Origin: Zootoca vivipara
Taxonomy: Eukaryota
Assembly (NCBI RefSeq): GCF_963506605.1
Contig: NC_083276.1
Span: forward strand, 47,368,001 to 47,432,000
DNA length: 64,000 bases
Direction: 5' to 3'
Under the pieces are notes generated by a model, which was not told the origin of the DNA, ran no database searches, and saw nothing but the letters and a program-made list of their open reading frames with translations. Shown here piece after piece: positions 36,898-51,293 of the stretch; within the stretch, counting starts at the first letter, position 1; each line of letters starts with the position of its first letter. The position numbers were made by a program, and so were the translations under genes.

Positions 36898-37014
36898 ACA
36901 TGACCCAGAAGCTGTACGCTGGCTCCCTCGAGCAATAACGCGAGATGAGCGCCGCAACCCCAAAGTCCAGTCACGACTGGACCTAATGGTCAGGGGTCCC
37001 TTTACCTTTACCTT
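36898..37014 (+). mobile_element. Sauria SINE 3' fragment
   Basis: catgacccagaagctgtacgctggctccctcg...cacgactggacctaatggtcaggggtccctttacctttacc. Confidence 0.9.
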
Positions 37015-37589
37015 TAGAATCAAAAGCCAATTTGCTACTTTAGAAACATAACAGTATTATGTTATGCTTTAAAATTATCATGTTTTGTATATTAAAAGTA
37101 CAGTATGTTCAGACAATAAATACTACAGTAATTGAATTTACTTTTTATTTTGCTATTTTAAACAGAGCTGCAAGCTGATAAACTGTAAGGAACTAGGCAT
37201 CTCTTTGGTTTTACCAATTTATGTAGGCCCGGCAAAAAACAATAAAAACAGAAGAAACTGTCAACATTACATTCTGCAATCCTCCAGTGTCAAGCTGACA
37301 TAAATCAGTCATTTCCGTAAAAAAGGGTTGAGATAAAGAGGAGAGGAAACTAAGACTCAAAGAATACTCATTTTCTAAGTTATCACTATCAGTTTCTGCT
37401 TCTTCATATCTGTCATCATATAATCACAAATTTGAGACCTATCAAGAAAATATAAAGGACTGATTCTACCATACCAACAAGAGGAAGCCCACAAGTAAAG
37501 AAGGAGGCACTAAATCCGTCTTCCTTCTCTTATGACAATGACAGTGCCCCCTAGAGGCAGAAATGCATTTTGCTCTTGCATTTGAGATA

Positions 37590-38330
37590 CAGTGGTACCT
37601 TGGTTTAAGTACACAATTGGTTCCAGAAGTCTGTACTTAACCTGAAGCATACTTAACCTGAAGTGAACTTTCCCATTGAAAGTAATGGAAAATGGATTAC
37701 TCTGTTCCAGACAGGTCCGCGGACTACTCAACCTGAAGCATACTTAACCCAAAGTATGAGTGTAATTGGTTCTGGAAGTCCGTACTTAACCTGAAGCGAA
37801 CTTAACCTGAAGCGAACTTTCCCATTGAAAGTAATGGAAAGTCTGGAAGTGAGGGAGATAAAATAGAGGTTGTAGATAATACAATGGTGTAAAATAAGTA
37901 TCGTTAGAAGTTGATGATAAATTAAGTAAGAAGAGAGATTTGGAGAGAATATAAAAGGTTAAGATGTAAAAGATATAGAAATAAGGTAATATTAAGTAAT
38001 AACTAGAATTATATAAGATTTAGAGTTTACTACTGAAGAAATGCAAAGAATCGCAGGAGGACGAGGAATGAGGAAGTCAATAGATTAGCAACAAGGGTTA
38101 CAAGCTTGAATTTTTGATTTTGCATTTTTTGTATTTTTTGTATTGTTGTATTTTTTGTGTTTTGTATGTTTTTTAAATGTTTTTTTTAATTGTTTGAAAA
38201 AATCTTAATAAATATATTACACACAAAAAAGAAAGTAATAGAATGTGGATTAATCCATTCCAGACGGGTCCGCAAAGTACTTAAACTGAAAGTACTCAAA
38301 CCAAAGCGTACTTAAACCGAGGTATGCCTG
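37590..38330. mobile_element. Tigger-like MITE interrupted by a retro-insertion
   Basis: TA-CAGTGGTACCTTGGTTTAAGTAC...GTACTTAAACCGAGGTATGCCTG-TA; same internal unit as 11036-11452. Confidence 0.85.
37843..38230 (+). mobile_element. L1-like 3' UTR insertion nested in the MITE
   Basis: Ends with aataaa and an A tail; flanked by gaaagtaatggaaagt / gaaagtaatagaatgt (16-bp duplication, 2 mismatches). Confidence 0.7.
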
Positions 38331-41300
38331 TACTATACTGTATTCAATTGTACTGTGTACAATTCAGGCCTTGCTTGTCCTCGGCATACAGGATTTTTTT
38401 TATCTGATACTGTTCAATAGACTTACTGTACATAAAAGTCTTCTTGTTACATAATTTTTAGGAAAAAAAATTATGGGGGAATAAACATATAAGCACCTCG
38501 TCTTCTAAGTTTTATTCGTGATTCTGAAAGAAAATATTTCATAATCCAACCCACCCCCCCATTTTGGGGGGAGAGGGAAACCTTGGAAAAAATGTGGGGA
38601 TGGTCCTTGAATTTTTTTTTAAGCTTCCCCCCTCCCCCCAGATCTTCACATCTCTAATTCCAAGAAAAAACACAAAGGAACAGCAGATAAATTCATAATT
38701 TCAGAAGAGTCATATCACCTGAGAAAGCATCCCCGAAAATTTTAAAGAAGTACCTAAGAGTTTCAGGTAGTCTAGTCTCACCCTAAGCATAATCATGTGC
38801 AGAGTCCAAACACATGGATTATATTTGAGGTGGAAATAGTGACACATTCTAACACACACACAAAAATCAAGAACAATGTAACAATTCATTAACTGTCATA
38901 GGGATATGTAGCAGTACTCCAATGTCATTCTACAAAACCAGAAAAGGCATAGCTCCAGAATCGAAATGAAACCTGAAATAAATCAGCTTATTCCTGGAAC
39001 TCAGTCCTTTTGATTAATTCTATAATCCCCACCAAAATTATACCTTGATAATTGGAAAACTTAAAGCACAGTAAATTACTTTCTGTTCTACTCCGCATTA
39101 GGATATATTTTAAATTTTTACAGATTTTTTATAAAAAACCAGCATAACCTATCAGGTAGCTGAAAGTGCTGCAAAATAGCCACAATTCTGCTCTAAATCT
39201 GAAAATCATAGCTAGTTTCTAGTAATGTGCTAGCACATTTAGGAAGACTGTAATTAAACTATACGTTTATGATTCTTGGCAGGCAAGCACCATCTTGTTA
39301 AATATCTTTAAATTCCAATATCTTGGCGGAGGCAGCATTTACTGTTTACTGCTGCTTTGGTTGTTAGGGGTTACCCACAAAGTTTTTGTTATTCTATGAC
39401 ATCAGCTGCATTCTGAGGGACGTGTGCCAGTGAATTTCACCACATTGAAAAAACAGCCAAGCTTGGCTGCACCTGCAGGCCAGCTGAGCAGAGGAAAAAC
39501 TGAAGTATACAGATTAAGTGGGATTTCTGATTTGGTTCCTAATGAATCAAAATTCCTCAGGTGGGAAGTGGAAAGAGCTTTTCTTTGATTCTTTTCTTTC
39601 AATTCTCAAAACACAGTTCTTGAATGCTCTGAAGTGATACACATCTGTCCAAAAGCAAAATGCTTCCAGCATAACACTTTTTCTTTAAAGATGATGATGA
39701 TGATGATGATTGAGACAAATCCCCAAATTTTAGTGTATTACATGAATCCTGGCATATTTCTTATGAAACCATTTTCTAGCTGGGGTGATTGAGGTGGGTG
39801 GGAGAGACGACTCTTTGTGTAGTTCTGGCTTGCCTTGCTTTTATTATGTATTATTTCTGAAGATGAGCCAAGTCACACATATTACTTATTTAAAATATTT
39901 GCACTCTACCTTTCCATTCATCAGGATTCGCAAGTTGTCTCAATAATATAAAACATGCAAATAAAACATTTCTAAAGCAATAAAACCACAGTATTGTCAA
40001 TATCATCACATCAGCAGTTGCAACAAAACTGAGATAAATGGGGAAAAGTAAAAGTTATCATAAATGCATCCAACAGAATGGAGGTCTTAACTTGCCACGT
40101 GAAACCAATCAATGAAACTGTAAAATGTGCCTATCTAAGAAAAGAATTCCATAATCCAGACAACACTACTGAGAGAACGCTATTCTGTGTAGCTACCTAC
40201 CACACATCAGACAACAGGGGAGGATGGAACAAAACAACTAAAGTTCACTCGATTGCACAGGTAAGTTCAAATGAAAGAGGTTTCAATCCTGGAACCAGTA
40301 CTTTGAAACAAGCTCGTAAACCAACTGCACATGCTGTTAACAGCTCTAGGTTGCAGATCTCAACACAGCTTTACTTTGGTTTATTCTAGTCTTATCCAAA
40401 GCAGCTCTCACATCCCTAGAGAAGTTGTCCCTGTTTTGAATAAGAGGGTGACCATGAATTCTGCCACTGCTTATGCTTGCATGTCATGGCTTAGCATGAA
40501 CACAAATGTCCTGGCTTATGAGATCACAGTTGCTTTGTTCCTTCTCAGTCTTGTCACTGGAGCTGATGTGTATTCTTGAATCATGGGGTCATGGTTTAAG
40601 GTTTCTCCTCCATAACCTTGATCCTGAACCAAGGTTTGTCCTACGGTTAGAGGTCATCGTTAAACACAAATCCAGGTTTGAACCACATACTAAGGCAAAC
40701 CTTGGCTTAGCTGCCATTCCACACTAACTTAAAATCCTGGGGAGTAGCAAAGTGAATGTGAGTTCCTCTCCAGAAGCTAGCACGCTCGCACAGTCATGGT
40801 AAAACAGGAGTTGCCAACCTTTTTGTACCAGTGGGCACATTTTGATTTTTGATGGCATGACACAAAATTAGAGAGTACAGTAATTTCTGCCAGCCTTCAT
40901 GTTTACCATGGGACATCAGCTTTATAGCTTCTAATAAAACCTGATCTCAGATGAACCCACCACAGGGAGGATGGATCCTGGTTCTTAGGGAAAAAGGCAG
41001 GGGAAGCTAGAGGGATTCCAAGGACTACTAAAAATAAGACAAAAGCAGGAAAAGTGTGCTAAATGGAGGAGGAAACAGCAGCTTTTTAGAACCACAGGGT
41101 TTGCCTGGTTTCCAAACAGCTTACTTAACCAGTGACAACTCTGACTTCACTCATTAGCTAAACACAGACAGGGGGAAGTAACAAAAGGCTGACTCATTTC
41201 ACAGAAATTGCTTAGAAGGGTATCTGCACATTTTTCTTCATAACTTTCTAGAAGGGCTAGAGACATACTTTAAAATAAGAAAGAAAGAAAGCTCAAAGTC

Positions 41301-43844
41301 TGGGGCCACTGGCTGGGCAGCACCAAGAAAGAATTTGCTGAGCACAATAGTACCAGCAGGCACTGTGTTGATAACCCTTATGGTAAACCATACTCCAGTT
41401 TATCATGTGAACCAGACTACGTACAGTACTGTGATATGGAAATGGCTTCAGAGATGGTGTATATGTTCTGAATGAAGTATTTTTAAAAGGAGTGCCTGAT
41501 AGGAGGAGTGACCTGACAGGGGAAAATAGAGGAAGTGGTGGCAAGTGTTGAGAAAGTGGTGGCAAGAAATAGAGGAAGTGGTGTTAAGAAACGTATTATC
41601 TCATTTAGTAGCTTGCTTGATATTTATAGTTATCATATGCACTTTTAGCAAATAAAAACCTTAATACATGTAGCAAAGTTTATCAGCTACAATCATTTAA
41701 AATAAGTACTAAAATGAGTGGGGAGAGGGAGTTAATGACGTCTTCATTTATTAAGACAGAATGACGAACTGTGGCAATAAGAGAGACAGACTTGACATGC
41801 TTTACAGAGGGTCCCCAAAGCTCTGACAGGGATTCATTGTGAGTGTTCATAAAGCAAATTCCTTTAATTATTTTCTACCTTACACACAATGTGACTGCCT
41901 CAATAAACTTTAAATTCCTCTACCATCTCTATGTTATTGCAATCAGCACTAAACAGAATATTTTAATAGAATAATCTCCTCTTTTGTTATTCTGAACCAA
42001 TACATGTATTTACATTAGGAAATAACTGTAATCTCAAAGTCACCATACAATGAAATAAAATCTTAAAATGGAACATTGTGGCATGAGAATAAGAAACATG
42101 GCATGCCAAAGAATACTGACGTTCTGAACATTGACATACTCAGCTAAACAAACAGCTGCTAAAAAGCTCCCTGCAGAATCCCTCCACCTCTCTCCACCAA
42201 CAAAATCCCTCACTTCACCTCTCTAAGGAAAAGGTAATCACCAATGGGCTCAAATGTGGAACACGATTGGTTCAGCAGGCCTGTTTCCTTGCTAAGAATT
42301 GTAACTGTCATCTGCTTCAAGTCAGCAAACTGAAACAATCTCTGTGTGATCATTCAGCTTCCTTCTTTCTCTGATGAATGGAAAGGTAGAGTGCATGTTA
42401 ATATACTGCAGCATTCCTGCACATCAGTCTGTTGAAGTAAAAATATTTTCTTAGCTTGGGATATTATCTTAAAAATAACTTTGTTCATTAAAAAGCTTTT
42501 TCATAAAAAATGATATGTTTGTTTCAATGTTCAAAAACAAGGTAATGCGGCTTCCTCTAGCTATTTAAGTTTTTATGCTTCTAATGTAGTAGAAGAAACA
42601 AGATGTGCATCTAAGTGCTGACCTGTGTATTCAGCCAAATTACACAGCACAGGCATCCTAGGATGCTACCATGTAAAACCGCAGATGAGAAAGATAAATC
42701 ACATTTGTAAGTGCTCTCCAACATCCAACAACTCAATTAATTTAAGACCATCTGGTGCTTTTCCTGGTCTGTACTACTTCTGGCTATAGCTGTGGGACTT
42801 GAATGTTTACACACCCCATGTATAAAAGTCCCTGCACCTATACATCTAGCACACCAAGCATAGAAGGACAAAACTGAACCAAGCCTTCCCCCCCCCCCCC
42901 AATATGGTACTTTTCTAAGTGAAGGTCATTTATTTTGAGAGCAGAATTCAGATGTAGAACTCCCTACTGGCAGCCTAAAATGTTGCAATCCAGGAAACTC
43001 TTTATCAGTTGATGCTGCTGAATGGAATGTACAAGCTGTCCCTCCAAAAATCCAAGCATCGGGGAAAGACCAACCTTAGAAACTCTTCCATGGTGTGCCA
43101 ATTCTCTCTATAAATGAACTTTTTTAAACAAATGTTCAAAAATGCAATCCCCCACCCTGTAATATGAAATGATAGGAGTCATTTCTGAAACTGGTTGGAG
43201 TGGGAAAGTTGTAATGCCAGTGAGAAACTAAAATACATCTCTTTACTACCGGTAGTAAATAAGAGTTTTTACTTTGGAGATAAGTATTAGTGCATCTTAA
43301 TTTCTTCAGAACATAACTTAATGAAGTATTAGTAGGCTAAACAGTTGAAAATAACACTGGATATTCTCATGGCAATAAATCTGAGTGTTGAGTAAGAAAG
43401 GCTTTTTACCAAGAATTTTTGGAGGTCATGTTGTGTCTGTGTATCAAGGAGAGTAGCATTTGAAGAAATTGGCTGTTCTTCCTTTTGCATCTGCTGCTCT
43501 CGTAAATGTTCAGAGTTTAATAAAGTAATACAAAACTTTTAGAAGACGACATTCCTGGCCTGTACATTTGTATAAAGACTATACTGAGGGAAGCAGACAA
43601 AATGAAAATCTAACCCTATCTTACAACTTTTCTGCTTTTCCATTTGCAGTTCAATGCCCCCAGCTACAGCTTACACTTTTATTTGTAAGGCATTTTATGT
43701 TCTACTCATATGTCTTCTATTTAGAGAGATATCATCTAGAACTGTAATTCAGATTGGCACACTATCTGAATTAGCAATTGGCAATACAACTGAAAGAGGT
43801 CTGTGGCCTGATTCCCTGTTTTCATTTGGAAAGTCTAACTTTAT

Positions 43845-43970
43845 TGGTTAGAATGTGGTGTTGATAATGCCAAGGTTACAGATTTGATCCCTGTATATTC
43901 TTGCACTGCAGGGAGTTGGACTAGATGATCCTCAGGGTCCCTTCCAACTCTACAATTCTATGATCCTATG
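43845..43970 (+). mobile_element. tRNA-derived SINE with CR1-like tail
   Basis: ttggttaga.tgtggtg.tgataatgccaaggtt head; gttggactagatgatcctcagggtcccttccaactctacaattctatga tail. Confidence 0.8.
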
Positions 43971-46355
43971 AACTTCCCAATACACGTGACTGAGATCACA
44001 GCATAACACATCTATCAGTTTTTAATAAAATAATGCAGAGTGGGTAGGAATATAGGTAAAATGAACTACAGTAATTGAAGGAAGGGAACATGTTTTAAGA
44101 GGGAATAGATGGTTAAAACAGAAATTCCTACATCTCAACAGACAGTCAAATTACTCAAACATAATATGACTGCATAATATGACCTCATAATATATGCAGT
44201 AATACAGAGGAAGAAGATAAAATGGTTCTATAGGAAGGAATATCAGAAGAAGTGACATATAAAACAATACAAACCCAAACAGCAAAAAATGTTACCAGGG
44301 CACAATGGGTTGGAATGTTTGTTAGCGGAAGATTTTTTTAACTTAGTGAAAGATTCCTGTGTGAGAAAACAGAACTGAAATAATATGTTTGCTTGAGTGT
44401 GTTTTCCACTAGCTCTTGAGCACAATATGTTTGTGGAACAGCAACATAATTAGAATGTCATCTGCTCACACATCTCTGGACCCGATGTGTTCTTTGGAAT
44501 CTAGCCCCATTGAGATCTACTTTATATTAAGATATATTAAATATTTAAATTGTTTAATTACATTCCCACACTCCTTTTAACTATTTTATATGTGGGAATC
44601 TTTTGCATCAAAAACTTGTATCTGCATAGTCAGCAATCTTCTTTACATACTGGTATATGAGCACTCTTTACAATTACAGTTTTATTAAGAAACAAAGCAC
44701 CAACGCCAAGATCTAAAGAGTTGCATTTCATGAGTCCTCAAGGGTTCAGGGCATCAATTCCCTTCACAAGTCAACAAACTGCTTTTGAAAGTTGATTCAG
44801 TTACAAAGCAGTATCATTGTGACTATGGCATGAGGAAGGGAGCAGAGTTTGAGAAAAACAAACTCAAAGTCCTTTTGCATGTGCATGCCCCAGTATTTTG
44901 TTATGCTTTCAGTGATTCTATTTTGGTAAGATATCAGTAAGATACATCTGATTAAATAATTAAATTAAATTATCCAGGTGTACTGGTTATTCATAAAATA
45001 CAAAAAATACTAAAAACTGGCTACAAACATTTCTTAAAATGCAGGAACTTAATGAAGGAACTTTCATGTCCAACTACCAGCTATATATTCTAGGTGGAAG
45101 TATGGTATATACACAAAGATAGTTGCAAATCAGCTGAGAGATTAGGATTAATGCAACCCAGGTGGCACAGCTAAAATTCCAAAAATATGATTACTTGAGG
45201 GTAGATTTTTTTAAAATAAAAATAAATAAACTACCACACAGCTAAGATAGATCTAATCACTGATTAATTCTGAAGCCATTTTGTATGGCACTTCTAATGT
45301 AGGTACAACTTTTGGGGCAAGTTTAGTCACATGGGTCCAGATTGAATAAAAAAATTTGTACCAATACTGATGCACAAACTAGGTTTTCCATTGGTACGTC
45401 CCTCCTCCCAGGAACTTGGACATAGAGAATTCACAACTACTTTGAAAACACTTCCGTATTTCATATTCACCAGTTAGGTTTGAAGACAGGAAATAGCTCT
45501 AGTCCAGTAATTTATATCCTAGCAGAACTCTTTCCTCGGCAATATCACCCCTGAAAAATCATCATGGCCATTATTACATAGGCACAGCTCCATATCTGCA
45601 ATTCCACATCTTTGTTGCCTTTCATGGTGATTGTTAATAGGCCACAACTCTGAAGGTACAGGCTGCATCGTAGTAGTTATTTGTGAAAATTGGCGGAAAT
45701 GACCTTTGATGTGACCTGTAGTAGAAGAGTGCCAATTATTTACATAAAGACTAACCATAAATTCTGAATACTACATTTATTTGCATGTGTTTGTGTGTTT
45801 AGCCTATTACTTTACATCCTTCAATCTATTTTATTGCACTCACTTTTTCTTAGCTTAGATCTATGACTTCAAAGTAGTCTGGTAGATATTTCAGAGCACT
45901 ACCAAGATAAGGCAACAGCATTGAGCTAAACACGGAAGAGAAAACTACAAAAACAAAACTGTTGTGTCTGCTCCTTTCCCAGCCTTGCTGTTAATAGAAC
46001 ACAGCTGTCAGTTTATTCCTTTCTACTAAAAACAACAGCTATACTTAATCAAGAAAATTATCCCTGAATCATGGAACATTAAAAACTATCAAAAAATTGG
46101 ACAAGAGGTAAAGATGACAAACATAAGCCTGAAGGACTCTGGCTAGTTGACCATATTATTTTTGCATGCATTTAAGAATGAAAATTATTCTTGAAGTGTA
46201 CATGGAGACCTTCCAGCAATGAAAGTTACACAAGAATAATAACAACAACATAGAATTATTAATAGAGTAATTGCATGTATTTCTTTACATTTGTAATCCA
46301 CAAAGTATAGAATGACTGACAGACTGATGTTTTCAGCCACAAAATAATTTGCTCT

Positions 46356-46585
46356 AACCTCATATTATAAGACATGTCTTATATTTATTTTTTCCTCAAA
46401 AAAACACACTATGGCTTATTTTCAAGGGATGTCTTATTTTTTTCCTTCTCCTCCTGCCGCGGCTGGCATTGCTGCTGCGCCTATCACTATGTCTTATTTT
46501 CGGGGTATGTCTTATATTCCTTGAATGCTTAGAAATCCTGCTATGGCTTATTTTATGGGTATGTCTTAAAATATGAGAAACAGGG
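46356..46585. mobile_element. Tc1/mariner-type MITE, one end truncated
   Basis: Repeated gtcttatttt(cgggg) subterminal motifs ending gaaacaggg-TA. Confidence 0.65.
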
Positions 46586-46861
46586 TAAGGTTACTATTTT
46601 TAGCATCACAAACCTTGCTATTTTTAGAGGATTATTTTGATGAGCACATGAACCAGGAAGTATCATTAATTTTCAGAACATCTACAGTGTGATGCTATCT
46701 ACAGACTGAGAAGCAACAGTGACAATATAAACAAAGAGATGACAAAGGAAGAGCTGCTATCATCATGAAAAAACCAATTTCCTCTACAAAAAGGAGGCTG
46801 ATCAACACCACATTCATTCAATACCACGTTCATTCATTCATTTCTCTTATTCGCAGTTGAG

Positions 46862-46869
46862 GATTATTA

Positions 46870-46912
<43 letters not shown>

Positions 46913-47305
46913 TACCCCGCCCATCTGGCTGGGTTTCCCCCACCACTCTGGGCGGCTTCCAACAAAGATTAAAATACATTAAAATATCACAGATTAAAAA
47001 CTTCCCTAAACAGGGCTGCCTTTAGGTGTTTTCTAAATGTCAGGTAGTTATTTATCTCCTTGACCTCCGATGGGAGGGCGTTCCACAGGGCAGGCACCAC
47101 TACTGAAAAGGCCCTCTGCCTAGTTCCCTGTAGCTTTGCTTCTCACAGTGAGGGAACCGCCAGAAGGCCCTCGGCGCTGGATCTCAGTGTCCGGGCTAAA
47201 TGATGGGGGTGGAGATGCTCCTTCAGGTATACAGGACCGAGGCCGTTTAGGGTTTTAAAGGTCAGCACCAACACTTTGAATTGTGCTCAAAAACGTACTG
47301 GGAGG
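46862..47305 (-). mobile_element. L2-clade LINE 3' end
   Basis: (ATT)n(ATTT)n tail, ataccccgcccatctggctgggtttcccc, and a minus-strand frame resembling AQFKVLVLTFKTLNGLGPVYLKEHL. Confidence 0.88.
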
Positions 47306-47371
47306 AACTATGCAAGCTGATGAAGAAATTTCCTGCAGATGTGCAGAACCAAATCCATAAAGCCATGCCTC

Positions 47372-47951
47372 TGTCAGGCTTCGGGGAAGCGGCTTCCTCC
47401 CTCCCTTTGGCCGTGGATAAGCAGAAGAAAGCAAAAATAGTCTCTTATCATTTAAAGAGATTTTAATGAACCAGTGAAAGAACAAAGAGTCCATTCTCTG
47501 AGTAAAGGTGCTCCCAATTAAGGTTTACACCCACTTCCCCCCGAGTCACCTTCGTTACTTTCTCATCTTTCAACCTGATCTCGCAACCACTTTGCTTTCT
47601 GTGCTGCCACCTTATCTGCCCTGCGTGACCTTGGGCTGGGCAGATGTAGGCTTTCCAGCGAGAGAGAGTTAAGGCTCTCTCCCAGTTCTTCTTCTCCTAG
47701 CTGTTCACCACCCAGTTCGTCCCAACTTTTGTCTTCAAAACTATGCCCCTCTGCGAACCGCTGTTCCAAATCTATACTGTCCCACTGTTCCTGGAAAGAT
47801 TCTTGATCCTGCAATAGATTACTGGCTCCTCCATCCGGCCACGCCCCCTCCCCCCGTCCTCTAGATCGCTAGAACGGAAGACGGAGCTTGCTGACTGTCT
47901 CCTTAGCAATCAATCGCCGAGCGCCTCTTTTCATTTATTAGACCTGAAACA
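47372..47951 (-). mobile_element. solo LTR (Gypsy-like) with an internal acidic reading frame
   Basis: TGTCAGG...CCTGAAACA termini; minus-strand ATTAAA near 47462; ORF 47563-47814(-). No convincing target duplication. Confidence 0.65.
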
Positions 47952-48099
47952 CACACACACAATCATGTGAGTAGATCACAGTCTCTTGGAAGTTGGACAT
48001 CCTTGCCCTATAGTTTCAGACAGCAGTATAGCATTCAAGGTGTAGGGTTACATGGACTCAACCCTCAAACTATATGTCAGCAGTACTCCCAAGTAACAT

Positions 48100-48850
48100 A
48101 TGGGACAACACTAACATCCAAAGGAAACTACAGCCTATTGACAATCTCTCAGTTTGGGGGAGCTCTTCTGGTCAATGGTACTGCAATGGGCACTTGCATA
48201 GCTTCATAGCGGGCCAACATCTTTATAGATGCCTCCTTATCCCATTCACAAATGCCTATTCTCTGCCTGAGACATATTGGTGATCTTTGGGCTCGTGGAC
48301 AGGAGGCAGTTGTGCAGTTCCACACGAACTTCAGTAACTTTCAGCCCACCATTAGCCTAAGGCTAAGCCTATATCAATCCACACAAATGTTTCACTTTCT
48401 GGATATATAAATCACCACCCTATGTAGGAAACACTGACTTCTACACATATTTACAAGCTTGCAGCTTCCATCAGAACACATCACAAAATCAGCTGTCTAC
48501 AGCCAAGGCCTTCAATACAACCATATCATTCACAGACTCATTGGGCAGAGACTTACAACCTAGAAATTTATGTTAGGTAGTCTGTGAACTGCAATACTGA
48601 CTCATTGTAGTGGAAAAAAACATAATGACAAGCCCAAACTGGTACCCAGAAATAGTCTATTACAGGACCAATCTAGAAGGAAGAGAAAATGAACAGACCA
48701 TCACTTGTTGTCACTTCCAGATCTCAGCTGAAACCACACCACATCTTCAATAATCTACAAGTTCATTCTGGCCGATACTTTTCTCTTACAGGGCTTAGGA
48801 AGCAGACATGTACTTGCTTGGAAATTGTCACCCAACCTAAAATAACCTAC
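48100..48850 (+). mobile_element. Penelope-like RT remnant, degenerate
   Basis: NGTAMGTCIA...ANIF (Penelope GTAMG motif), then FLD, TTL.RK, SFH and VYSQ thumb-region fragments in broken frames. Confidence 0.85.
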
Positions 48851-49074
48851 TGCATGTGGACTTTAAGTACAAATATGCTACACTGTAAAGTGTAAACCTA
48901 CTAAATAAAGAGAAAAATACACAAGCTATTTCATTTTTTCATTTTATAATCATTATATTTACAGCACCATTTTGGTAATAATTTCAAAATATGGTGCCAT
49001 GTTTAACATTAACTTTTTTCTTTACTGAAAGATTGATCTACAGAAACAAAACAAATTTGCTTCCATTGATTACA

Positions 49075-49076
<2 letters not shown>

Positions 49077-49109
<33 letters not shown>

Positions 49110-49145
49110 TATTATTATTATTATTATTTCTACCCCGCCCATCCC
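49077..49145. repeat. (TAA)n(TTA)n inverted microsatellite with an L2 tail stub
   Basis: aataat...aatattattatt...atttctaccccgcccatc. Confidence 0.85.
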
Positions 49146-51293
49146 AGTAAAGTATCTGAGAAAATACATTTTTACAACTTATGCAGCGAATGCATTTGCA
49201 TATCTTTTTGCTTCTGTACCATCCAATGCTTGAAGCAACTTGTTTGAATAAAGTACTTAGACTGTCTTGTTTATCATTCACATTTGAAAAAGCTGCTATT
49301 GGAACCTATTAAAGAATGTGATCTGGATACAGTAGCAATACTGCGGGCTCCTTGCTTCTCCTGAGCGCACAGTCTTATCCACAGTCCACTTAAACATAAA
49401 CAATCCATTTGAGGTCCAAGTGGCATGCTGCACAATGCTTGGATCAACTGATTTGATGACAGGCTGCTCGAAAAGCCTGCTCTTTATCTAAGAGAGATGT
49501 TCTTTGAAGGAGAACAACAGGCCCACATAGGTAAAGGACCTGGGCAGCACGCACTGCAAAATGAACAAAAACAGGAAGAGATAAACTGCACTGTGAAATG
49601 ACCTGCAACAGAGTAGTTTCTAGTTGCAGTTTGTGCTACTACTGAATATTTATCTTCAGATAATCATATATCTCCAAGCTACACTTCCAACTGCAAATAA
49701 TTTAAAATGGCAGCTTTTACGTTTACACAGCTGCTCAACTAATACTGGAAAATTCTGTTTTAAAAAGATACAGCCTTGAAATTTCCTCAACTTACTTATT
49801 CTAATTAAGGACATTTTTGTTTAGCTGCTTTAAGGAGCACTAAAATTTATTACAGTTTTCCTTTAACAAATAGCCTCAAGAACCATTGCTTCCTGCTGAA
49901 CAAGACCGAAGGCCGGACGTTCAACCCTATTACAAGCACCATATATAAACACATAAAACTCCTCATAAAGTGACTGATGTTTACAAAGCAAAAGAGAGAG
50001 AAGTGAATGAATGTGCCCTGCACTGAAGTCACCAAGCTGTTATTAAAGTTTAATCAACCCCAATGCACTTTATCAAACCTAAATCATTCACTATCCCCAC
50101 CGAGATGTTTCAATGGGCTTCTGTGTCATGGGCCTGCAAACCTTTAAAGTGGTATAAGCATCAGGTCCTCCTGCAGAAGCCTGCTGGCCATGCCATGAAT
50201 AACAGAAAGCAGGAAAAACAGTTCCTAAATCAAATATGTGCTCTTGGGAATAAACACAGTTCCAAATGATGTAATTATAACAGTATGTCACATGCTGTTT
50301 CAAAATTAATATACCATTAAAAGTAAAGAATGTGTGGGTAGGAAATATAAACACAAATGATATAATGCTAGTTTGATGCCAGCTGCTGTCTGTTTTCAAT
50401 CAGCCCAGCTGCTGAAAAGCTATTTCAGAGGGAGGAAAAGTCTCACTAAATCAGGGAGATTTTTGTTTAGATCAGATCCCAATGAACCAAGATCATATTT
50501 AACCATGTAATACAAATAAAGTCAACCAGAGTGCATATATCGTCTAAGAACAAGTCAAGTTTGGTCTCAAATTGAACTACTGCTGCAGAAAATTTATCAA
50601 CTTGATAGCTAGGTTAGTCTAGGGGAAATATAAGTAGCCATACAAATGCACAAAAGATGAAGGAACAGGAATCAACATGCTGCTAAAGACATAAAGGTCC
50701 AGGCCTTCACTTTTAGACTGTCTGGCCCTCGTTTCGCCCACATGGACTACTTATTTATTGTATGGATTTTATATCTTGCCTAATAATCCTAACAAGATCC
50801 TCAAGCTACCCCAGGAAGAAATATTAAAATCACAATATTAAATCATATACTAATCTAATAAAAGCATTGCATATGCAATAGCTTCAAAAAGTTGCTACAA
50901 TACAATTATTCACAGCTCTATCATAAACCATTAACAGAGAATATATAAACATTTTGCCAGCCTACTAAATATACCTGCATACATGTACAAAACCAATGTT
51001 GCTAGCCAAGATGTGCCAGAGTGGCCTCATACTAACAGATGAATGAAATCCAGTATCTCATCACTGAATAACTGTTGAGAAGTCATTACTTGAAAGATAT
51101 CAGGGGCATTTTTCCAAATAATTAGTTATAGCACTGACATCAGAAATAAAAGGCATGAAAGAAATAAAGGAGAGAGGTGAAACCTCAAACTAGAACTTAA
51201 AGAATGATTTTCTGATACATTTACAATTGTTTCACACATTTTGATAGGTAAACTATAAAGGACACAGTGCACTACTATAATAGAATCTTAGTA

